From positions 30,355,656-30,419,655 of the forward strand of contig CM119264.1 in NCBI GenBank assembly GCA_051294375.1: DNA of 64,000 nt, written 5' to 3'. This stretch comes from Paraspadella gotoi. Its lineage: Eukaryota > Animalia > Chaetognatha. Made by a program: the position numbers and the translations under genes. Shown in pieces: positions 54,481-64,000 of the stretch. Each line of letters opens with the position of its first letter. Position 1 is the first letter of the stretch. Under the pieces are notes generated by a model. The model had not been told where the DNA came from and did no database searches. It worked only from the letters and a program-made list of their open reading frames with translations.

Positions 54481-54998
54481 TCCCCACCTGCAACGCCTAG
54501 ACCATCTGCAACGGAATCAACGATTGCAACGACGCCACCAACGCTTCGACCATCTGCAATGGCAGAAACTATTGCAAACGGGCCACCAACGACTCCGACC
54601 CTCGCCTCTCTTCCATCTCGTGCTCCGCCGCCCCTAGCCACCCCTGGCGCCGCGGCCACGCCCACTTTAGCCACGCCCCTTCCATCCATTTCCGGCGCCA
54701 CGACGCGGCGCAACAGCGCCTTCGACGTCGACATGGACGATTCTCGATTCCTCGAAGTTCAACGATTCTTTGATAAATTCTCCGGATTCCATTTGCAAGA
54801 ATTGTTATCCCGATGCGGCGCGGATTGGTCGCTCGGCAACGACGCCGAAAAACGCGGCGTCGTTGGGCGTCGATTGGGAAGAGCGCCGGTGGGCGTGGCG
54901 GCGAGAGAAGTGGAACGCCGGGGATTATCGGCGGAGGCGCCGATTTTGGCGGAAGAAATCGACGAGGTCGTCCATGTGTTGATCCCTCGCGACGACCT

Positions 54999-55031
<33 letters not shown>

Positions 55032-55268
55032 CTCTTCCTCCACAGACTTCGACCTTCAAGAAATCCACCAAATCATTCGCGAACTCACCTTCGGCATCTT
55101 CGGCTGCCAACAGCTGCCCGACGTCGTCTTCGAACCAAACGCCGACGGGACATCCTCGGTGGCCCTCTCGCCCGCCTACAGACACAGCCGCGTCGGGCAG
55201 CTGCTCGTCGACGTGGCTTACGCCGCAGAGGCTTTGTGGACCGGCGTTTATTTTCCCAGGGACAAAAG
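54481..55268 (+). CDS. ANKAR: ANKAR exon (Pro/Thr-rich leader; FFDKF..LQELL; EIHQIIRELTFGIFG...PAY..SRVGQLL..ALWTGVYFPRDKR); 5' boundary uncertain
   Basis: Matches the recalled ANKAR N-terminal domain (FFEKYDRSEVQELL...EVHQMIRELAIGIY...PPAYYDTRIGQIL...ALWHGIYMPKEKR). Confidence 0.85.
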
Positions 55269-55504
55269 GTTCGAGGGATTTAATATTAATAATGTTTATT
55301 TTGAATTTTATTGTTTATTTTATTGTTATTATTTATTGTTAGCGATCTCTGGTTTCCTCTCTTCTTTAGATAAGTTTTATAAGTTTTGTTTATCATACCA
55401 CACGCTAACTCAAAATTAGCGTGATCACATTCTGGGACCGTTTTCTGAGATCTCGGTTGTTTTAGATTACTGTATCCGCTTTCTTTTGAATTAATTAATT
55501 AAAT

Positions 55505-55507
55505 AAT

Positions 55508-55546
<39 letters not shown>

Positions 55547-55552
55547 TTTTTT

Positions 55553-55651
<99 letters not shown>

Positions 55652-55697
55652 TCATTCATTCATTCATTCATTCATTCATTCATTCATTCATTCATTC
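55505..55697. repeat. Compound (TTTA)n(TTCA)n microsatellite in an ANKAR intron
   Basis: Directly visible. Confidence 0.95.
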
Positions 55698-55723
55698 TTC
55701 CATTCGCCATCTCATCCTTCCAG

Positions 55724-56104
55724 AAAAAAGTTCTTAGATCGATGGGCGCGCTCTACCGGTCGAGGTTCTGAACCAGATTCCGGACCGGCGTCCAAAACCG
55801 ACGCCGCCGTCGCCGACTCCTTGGGCGGCGGCGTCGCCAGAGCGGAACGCCTCAAGACGATGGCGATGGAATTCCGCGCCGGCGGACAAATCGACGCCGC
55901 CGAAGTCGAAGGCTACGACGGCGTCTTCGAGAATCTTCGGTCAATCTTTCGGGACAATCCCGAAGTCCCCGTGGAGCTGAGGGCGTTTCTTAACTGCGCG
56001 GAGAAATTGCGCACGAGAGTGACGTTCGAACAAGCGTCGGTGGCGAGATGTGGAAGCGTTTTCGTCATGGACGTCAAATGGGATCTGCAGATATGTTTAA
56101 GAAG
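55724..56104 (+). CDS. ANKAR: ANKAR exon (KKFLDRW...EFRAGGQID...VTFEQASVARCGSVFVMDVKWDL)
   Basis: CAG acceptor, in frame, phase 2-2, continues ANKAR 'RARFSELW'. Confidence 0.82.
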
Positions 56105-56384
56105 GTCTGTAGGGGCGCTAGTGTAGAGAATCGAAAAGGCGGGGAAAGATAAACAAAAGAACGTGCGAGGTTATTGCGCGAAATTTTATGGCCTTTGAAG
56201 CGCCTGACTTTGGACAGGCTGGCGCCATAAGATAATACCTAGCAAAACCCAATAAGCTTTGATCAATGCGTTTTATTTGATTAAATAAATTATTTATAAT
56301 TGTGACTCGAAAAAAGCAATAAAAAAAGTTTTTAATTAGTTTTCACGAATTAATTTCAAGACGCATTCCCCTTTTCACAAAAAG

Positions 56385-56774
56385 ATCGGAAGAGCGCGTC
56401 TCACTGACGGAGTTCGAACGCGTCTCCAACAGAACCCGCCTCGTCTCCGACTCTATCGCGGCCAACCTCGATCGTTGCCCCCAAACGCGTCGTCAAATCC
56501 TTCAACTCAAACTCGTCAGTTTCCTTTCCAATCTCTTCGTCGCCCTCAAAGCAGCGGGTCACGTCCCGTCCCTTGGAGGACTTCTCAAGCCGCTCGTCGA
56601 CTCAGATCTGGAGACAGAGGACGACCTGCCGCCCTTCGTGACCTTCTCCGGACAGAGGAACCCGCTCTTCGGAGACGCGAATCGTCGCGTCGTCGCCAGA
56701 GGGGGCGTGGCCTTGACGAGAGAGACGCCGTCGACGATCGAATTGTCGGCGAGGATGCGCGAGGAGATTGAGAG
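56385..56774 (+). CDS. ANKAR: ANKAR exon (LKLVSFLSNLFVALK...LLKPL..LETEDDLPPF...ARGGV)
   Basis: In frame, phase 2-2, resembles ANKAR 'LLQPFSDDKVKTERELPPF...VHGGI'. Confidence 0.82.
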
Positions 56775-57321
56775 GTTGATGTCGGGAGGGGTTAGAATCC
56801 GGGGGGAGGAATCTGGTTTGGAATCCGTTGATGGAATCGATGGATGGAATCAGGGGACGAGGGATGGAATCTGTTGCAGAGAATTAGGTGATGGAATCTG
56901 GAGATGAAATTAGGAGAACCGATGATGGAATCTTGGGAATAAAATCGAGTGATGGAATCGGGAGAGAATCGTGAATTGTGAGAAAATCGGTAAAGTTGTG
57001 AAAGATGATATTCTACTATTGCTCTTCGATAAAATTAAAATTCAGAATATATTACAATTTCATCATTATCGTTTGATTTTTTTGAAATTTGAAAATGACT
57101 TTCTCTAAATTTTCTTCTTCATTCTTTTGTTTCGTAGTATTTTTTTTATTTTTTGCCGCTAATTTAAACATCATCAAATGATTATTTTTTTTATCGCCCA
57201 TCATTTTAAATGGAATTTAGAATCAATATCAGATCTCTATCTAAGCTTTTCTTTCCCATTTTCTCTTTCAATTAAACTTCCCCACCATCCCGTCATTCTC
57301 CACCACCCCACCCACCCTCAG

Positions 57322-57681
57322 TTTCCTCTCCACCTCTACCCCTCCCCCCTCCTCTCCCTTCTCCCCCTCCTCCACCTCCATCCCTCTCTCCCTCTCTCGC
57401 TCCTCCTTCGCTTTCGATCGACCACGAACCGTTCGAGATTCCCGCACGCCGCTGGACGCCGCCGCCGACGCCGCAGCGACGACGACGCGGCCGACTCTTC
57501 CGTCGATCCTCGTGGACGGGCGCCGCTACGACGTCCTTCGAATCCCCTTGGACGAGTTCCGAGTCTTTCCGGGAAAGGACAAGCCCGACTTTAAGCCCAA
57601 ATGGATCGGGATGATGCGGTCGGAGATTGACGGGCTGATTGAGAGACATCTGCCGCCGACTGAGAGACAGATTCACGAGAG
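57322..57681 (+). CDS. ANKAR: ANKAR exon (Ser/Pro-rich start; DGRRYDVLRIPLDEF...HLPPTERQIHE)
   Basis: CAG acceptor at 57319-57321, frame continuous, phase 2-2, resembles 'GKSYYVIYFELETF...LPLTDAQLHE'. Confidence 0.78.
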
Positions 57682-58209
57682 GTCAGATGTTGACTTTGAC
57701 TTATCAATTATATCAGTTATCATATAACTAACTAATTAAACTAAAAAAGCTAGCTAAACTAGATTAGTAATTTTACTTTAAAAAAAATTTTAAAAACGTA
57801 AACGCTAATCTATTTCACCTTAAAAGTTTATTTTTAACTTAAATCATAATTTTTACCAAATTAAACTTTTATCATCCTAAAAAAAATCTAAATTTGGGTA
57901 TAATGAAATTTGAACAAAAATAGTTAGAAAATTATTTACTTCATTTATTAAACAAGCTATCTTGCTCCAGATTTTTGGACGCGGCTATGTGAGATAAGGC
58001 CCCGTCCTCTTACAGTTAATAACATAGCATAACAGCATAACATAGCATAAAACATATTGTTGTACCATGTTCATAGCATGACCCGCAAGCTTTCAAACGA
58101 GACTAGATTGTTAAGTCCGAGAGTACTTCTTAATCAATATCCCCCGAATCGCCCACCTTAAAACTCTGCCCTACAAACCACCCTATAACCACCCAACCCC
58201 CTCGTTAAG

Positions 58210-58488
58210 ATTCAAAGGCGTCTTGGGAGTGAAAACCGCCAACAAATGCAAGTCGATTCCCGTCGGACTGAAGGCCTCCGCGACGAGGCACATGTTTTCC
58301 ACGATGACCACGCTGTGCAAGCGCACCTCGGCGCTGCGGCTCAAGCGGCCCGACGAGAAGGGGCTGCTGCTGACGCATTACGCGGCTCTGCACGATCAGG
58401 CGTCGGCGCTGCAGCTGTTCTTTAGGCTGGGGATTTCTCCCGACACGAAGCGACGGAGGGACGTGGAGGAGGATGAAGACGAGATTGG
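58210..58488 (+). CDS. ANKAR: ANKAR exon with first ankyrin repeat (KCKSIPVGLKA...DEKGLLLTHYAALHDQ)
   Basis: Matches 'KCKSIPFGMKSA...DEAGYTIFHHAALHN'. GTAAGT donor. Confidence 0.88.
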
Positions 58489-58869
58489 GTAAGTTAGGGT
58501 GAGGCTTCTTTAATAATCGACATAACAAGACATTAACGTAACACTAAGTTCATTAATTAACACTACTTAATATTGACATCACAATGCCTTTATTAAGTTA
58601 CATCATCCTGCCTTTAATTAAACATTTCTATTTCCTGCCTTCAATTTGTAAATCTTTCCCCTTTTTTCTTTGGTAACCAAGTTTGGATACAGGGGTTTTT
58701 AGATGATATGAAATTTTTAGGAATCTTGTTAGGTATTTTGCCTCATGAGAGGCTTCGATTCTTAACGTTGATTAAAACTAACAATACAAATATTTGTCAT
58801 TTGATAAAAAAATAATAAATAAATAAATTAAAATCAAAATGTTTTTCCTCTTTGAAAAACACACGCAAG

Positions 58870-59145
58870 CCGCGACGACTTCACCACCGCCGCCGCATCC
58901 GCCCCGATCCACCTGGCGGCCAGAAGCGGTTCGGTCGACGCCCTCTGTTGCCTCCTGACCTCAAAGGCCAAAACTCGAGTCTTTGACGCCAACGGTTGGT
59001 TGCCGATTCACAATGCAGCTGCCTTCGACCAACTGCTCGTGGTCAAGATTCTGCGATTTCGGGACGAAGAAACTTTGACGTCGTCGACGAAATCGGAAGA
59101 ACGAATGACGCCGCTTTTGTTGGCAGCTAAATACGGCGCCAAAAG
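58870..59145 (+). CDS. ANKAR: ANKAR exon with ankyrin repeats (APIHLAARSGS..GWLPIHNAA..MTPLLLAAKYG)
   Basis: Three TPLH-type ankyrin motifs, phase 2-2. No armadillo-repeat exons are seen in the window. Confidence 0.88.
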
Positions 59146-60255
59146 GTTAGAACTAAAATTAGAGTTATTTAATATCATTTGCATATTGTAGTAGTGCATT
59201 TCTCTTCGTTTTAATCCTTTGTCTCCAGTATTATTTTTTGGATAATTTAATTTTTTTATTATGGATAACAACAATTTTTTTATGGTGAATAGTATTCACC
59301 AGAATACTTATTTGATATTTTAACAGTACACTCATGTGCAAAAAAAAAAAAAAAAAAAAAACAAAACAAAAAACTCGCCACTTTACAAAAACCAGTTTTG
59401 CCTCTTCCATTTGTTTACAAAGTAGAGAGTCTTTAATTTTCTATAAACAACGATTTTAATTTAATCAGCGCAAATTATCTATAAGTGACAATTTTGAAAA
59501 ATAAGTTAATGAGAGAGAGAGGGAGAGAAAGAGAGATTTAAGCTAAAAAGGATAAAACCAATTCTGGTTATAACAAGTTATTTGTTTTAATGAAACCTCA
59601 TACACCAGAAGAATTGTGTTCCATCGCCGACCAATCAGCGTCCTGTAGAAGCTCATCTGATAACAACAACAACAACAACGGTTCTACAGTCCGTCGATTC
59701 CATCTCCGATACTTCGATACGGTTTTGAGTTCGTGCGAGAATCTCTTCGTCGATGTTAAATTGTTATACTCGAGTTATTTTCGTAATGGAGAAAGCGTGC
59801 TATAACGGCGGCTAGAAATTCTAGAATGCTAATGCTGACCGCGCGTATCAATTCTATCATTAGATACTAAGTGCTCATGAAGACTGGGGCTTTCGGAAGA
59901 TCTTATGAAGATGCTCGCTTTTCCCGTTCGGGCTGAGTCGCTACCTCGATAATTTTTTTTTCTGAAATAAAAGAGACAATTTGACAATTTGACCTCTATA
60001 AGGTTATAAATTAACAAGTTTTTGATCTTAATTTAAAGGTTCCCTTAAAATTTAAGATATCTCCGATCTTTTTCACATTATCCGCCACAAATTCTTCCAG
60101 AGGATTTTAATAATAACATATGACTTAAATGATAACATATGGACAAAAAATATATTTTTTTGGTTATTGCACCGTTTTGTCCACCATGAAAATATAAACG
60201 TACATATACCAGGAATCCTAGCTTAGGATCCGTTATTTTTGAAAAAAGGGAAAAA

Positions 60256-63200
60256 ATGGAATTTATCCCAAACCAACTAAAATATCTTCTGTGTTTTTTG
60301 ATCGTTCTTGACTCCAATGTCATCGCCAATGCCAAGGCCAATACCAACGCCAATGTCCACGCCAATGTCAACGCCAATGCCTACGCCAATGCCAACGCCA
60401 GCATCACTACGTCGAAACCTTGTCGTCTTATCTGTAAACAACTTCAATTTGGGGGACATAACATTGATAACAATGTGAATTGCGCCTGGGGAGAACAGTT
60501 CGTGAATGGAATGTATTCGAAGCAAATAACAAATGCCCGATGTCAAAGCCTTACCAAGCACGCGGTAAGCAATCTGGTGTCGGTACGTACAGGACTTCTT
60601 CTGAATTTGAGCTCTGCCGATACGCTTCTTGTCGTACCTGGCCGAATCGAGATAATAGAAGATGAATTTCTGTCGGGGATTGAAGCCCTCAGAGCTTTGT
60701 TTATTTTTGGAAACAAAATTACGCGTTTACAATGGAATCTTTTTGGTAGAATAAGAATGGAAGAGATTCATCTTTCAGAAAACCTTATCTCCGTCATCGA
60801 AGACAATTGCTTTGAGAACGTGGTTGGTCTACAAACGCTTAATCTAAGAAATAACCTGATAAAGGAAGTATCGAACGCAACTTTTCATGGCCTAAAGGAT
60901 TTGCATATTTTGTACATGAGCGGAAACCTTTTGGTCTGGATACAAAAAGACGCTTTTAAACATCTCGTCAATTTACAAAAACTGTGGTTGGATAAGAAAT
61001 ATTATATTTTTCGACCCGGGCATCTTGAGTGAATTGGTAAAACTAGATTTTTTGAATTTAACTGATAACTATCTGAAGGACATAAAATTCACGAACGAGA
61101 GTCGGTCCTTGCGAAAATTACATTTGAATTTAAATGAAATTGAGTACTTGTCAAATGAATCCTTCTGTGGTCTGAAGGCCCTTACGTCCTTGCGTTTGAT
61201 GAACAATCCGTTAATTTTCATCGGTGAAGGAACATTTTCCTTTTCAAGTTTTTTGACTCGTTTAGCCGTGGGACGTTGTGATCTTAAGGCAGTATTTTGT
61301 CGTTCAAAAGATTCAAAAGACTATTTTCAAATTCACAAAAACGTTTTTTTTTCGGCTCAACTGCGAGATGGGATCTATTTCGGTAATCTCGCTAGAATCC
61401 CGGAGAAACTATTAACGAATCTAAGCACACAATCGCTGGAATTTGAATTTAGTAATATTTCAAAAATAGAAGCAAATATTTTCAAAAACCTTGGCCGAAT
61501 AAGTGAATTTTCTGTTATAACGAGCAATGTTTCCAGTGTGGAAAAATACGCTTTTGAAGGACTGAGATTAACAACGGTTATTGATCTTAGCCATAACCAA
61601 ATTAAAGTTGTGAGAAATTGGTTTAAAAGCTCGTCCGCTTTGCGGCGTTTAAATCTTAATTTTAATTATATATCCTACTTTGAGGATGATTGTTTTAGTA
61701 ATTTGGTTAACATTGAAACAATTGAACTTAATGTTAATAATATAACAGTAATAAACAGAAAGGCATTTGGTAACCTCGGAAACTTACGAAATTTAACCTT
61801 ACGTCAAAATCGCATCTACACTCTGAATGAATTAGGTCTTCAAAATATTGGATCCATCAATTTGTTAGATCTAACTTTCAATAATATAAAATCTATTGAA
61901 TTGTCAGTTTTGAGATTAAATATTGATACTTTGAGGCTTGAAGCCAATAAAATTCGTCAAATAAATTGCGCGAATTGGCGTTCTGTAAATGTTAAGAATC
62001 TTCAGCTTGATTCCAATTTGGTGGAAAAGATCGACAACGATCTAAATTGTTTCAACGTTATACAGTCATTAGCCGAATTAAATATTTCGTTCAATAGGCT
62101 TAACTTTATTAATCCATCAGAGTTCTTTGGATTTAAAAGTCTTGACAATATTTACCTAAAATCTAACCTTTTGAAAAGTTTACAATTTGTTGCGAATCTT
62201 AAAAATTTAACTACACTCGATTTGAGTAAGTCATATAGTGTTCAATCATTTTCAAAAGAAGTAGTTCAAGCGTTTGAATCCACGACTAATCTTAAATTAG
62301 ATGGCATTGATTGGTCGTGTCCATGCGGAAGCGAATATTACCCCATGATGGAATTTCTGAAAAAAAAATATGAGAAAATTCCATGTTGTCCGAATCTTTG
62401 CAAATGCACACTTAAGGAAAACGTCATAGAGATTGACTGTTCTAGAGATAAAATATCAAGTTTAAATAAATGTTTTTACTTCAATTACACGCTGGACTAT
62501 TCATTTAAAGGAAATCATTCGAGATTTTACTTTTCTAATCACGAATTAGTACAACAATTAAATATTAGTTATAATAATCTATCTTACCTAAACTTTACCG
62601 AATTCAAAGACATGTCAAACTTGAAATTATTAGACTTGTCGAACAACAAATTTTCCAAAATTTCGTCAAACCATTCGACAATATTAAAAAGAATAGCTAA
62701 AGTGATTTTTGATGGAAATCCATTTGGCTGTTGGTGCGATTCTGAAAATATTGAATCAATGAATTTGTTGTATCAAAATAACTTTCTTACGCATTGTTGC
62801 CCCTTAAAATGTAGGTGCTCTATTCAAAATGGTTATTTTTATGTTGATTGTTCAGAAGAGATATTTTCCAAACTTTCTCGATGCTACCCATATGCCCAGA
62901 CTTATTTAGATTATTCAAATACCAATTTTAACTTATCCTTTGAGAGCGTAAAACGAGGATATAATATTCGTGCGCTTGTTTTGAAGAATAATTATTTGAG
63001 CAGCCTGTCTCGACTTGGATTAATTCAGCTTTCTAACTTGAAAATTCTAGATCTGAGAGAGAACAATTTTCACGTCATTGAACCTTCAATCTCGTTGATG
63101 TTGGGAAATATTTCTAAAATGTATTTAGATTTTAACCCATGGCAGTGTAGTTGTGAAAGAAAATACAGCAATATCATGCATATTCTTCTGAAGAATGGCG

Positions 63201-64000
63201 TTCAGCATCCCTGTTGTCCAAATAATTGTCTGTGTTCAATAACTGAAGCGATAACTAAGGTGATTGCTCTAAGAGCCTTTTAACTATTTTCCAAGTTGTT
63301 TACCTTGGCATAACACTCACATTAATTATCAAACACGAACATAAAAAATGATCATCTTAATTTAAAAGTAAATATGCCAAATGTCATTCTTCTCGATCTG
63401 AGTTACAATAACCTAACTACTTTAAAGTTTTTTGATGTTCAGAAGCTAAAGAATTTGCGTACAGTTGATCTCCGATTTAATAAGTCATTCAATTAATGAT
63501 CTTATTAAACTGGGTTATTTACATGAATATAGACGGTAATTATTTTGACTGTTCTCCATGCGACCAAGTTGTTAACTTTCAAAAATATTAGAGTTTTATG
63601 AAATCAACATTACATGTAAAAACTCCACCATAATTAAACGGCGTTCGGTCTGTTATGTTTATAATGTTGTAATTCCTTCAATCGCAGCTTCAGTTTGTTT
63701 CCTTACTCTGGCCGGTGTTTCTTTTCATTTTGTGAAAAAGAATGGATAAAACGAGTCAACTTGAAGAAAATGAAGAAATACTATAAAATAATTGAATATA
63801 ATTTGAGAGAAAAATCGAGGAAATACGAATATGAAAAATTACTTTTACACTTTGAAATTGTGGAAGGCTTTCAAAACGGATTGCCGAACAGAATACTTAA
63901 ACGCGATTTGGAATAACTCCAACGGCTTGTGTGTTGTCGAGCCCTGGCTTTGCACGCTGCAAGAATTTAATAACAAGAAAGTCTGTGAAAGTATTGAAAC
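60256..64000 (+). CDS. Intronless Toll-like/LRR transmembrane receptor, frameshifted in this assembly, running to the window edge
   Basis: Signal-peptide-like start and many LxxLxLxxN repeats across ORFs 60256-61032 and 61025-63283. LRRs continue in shifted frames to ~63500. Repeated (N)PWxCxC...CCPxxCxC...DCS clusters, hydrophobic segment at ~63655-63735, then a basic tail and KYEY resembling TIR box 1 (TIR itself not confirmed). Confidence 0.8.

Noticed and set aside
60990-63960. Calling the LRR receptor a pseudogene, or invoking programmed frameshifting
   Set aside because: The breaks are single-base indels mostly in homopolymers and increase towards the window end, as expected from long-read error; this cannot be decided without reads.

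Overview
Draft-assembly eukaryotic DNA from an invertebrate animal: AT-rich introns, abundant (CT/GA)n microsatellites, GC3-rich exons, many N gaps and several stretches that look like uncorrected long-read sequence. Most ORF-track entries are microsatellite or N-gap artefacts. Manual splicing recovers five + strand genes. (1) A single-pass membrane protein, possibly Ig/FN3-type (exons ~1.5-17.9 kb). (2) The RhoGAP-domain exons of an ARHGAP39/Vilse orthologue (25.5-32.5 kb), followed by an error-rich inverted copy (32.6-36.1 kb). (3) An atypical DUSP whose catalytic Cys is replaced by Ser (49.2-52.0 kb). (4) The 5' half of ANKAR (54.5-59.1 kb). (5) An intronless Toll-like LRR receptor with several internal cysteine clusters, probably inside an ANKAR intron (60.3-64 kb). 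Mobile DNA includes two Penelope-type minimal hammerhead-ribozyme elements (one with a 12-bp TSD), a Tc1 remnant, a hAT MITE with an 8-bp TSD, a DINE/HINE-like family, MITEs containing telomere-like repeats, and an isolated tRNA-Leu 3' half. All family assignments come from reading the sequence by eye and from recalled family sequences; no searches were run.
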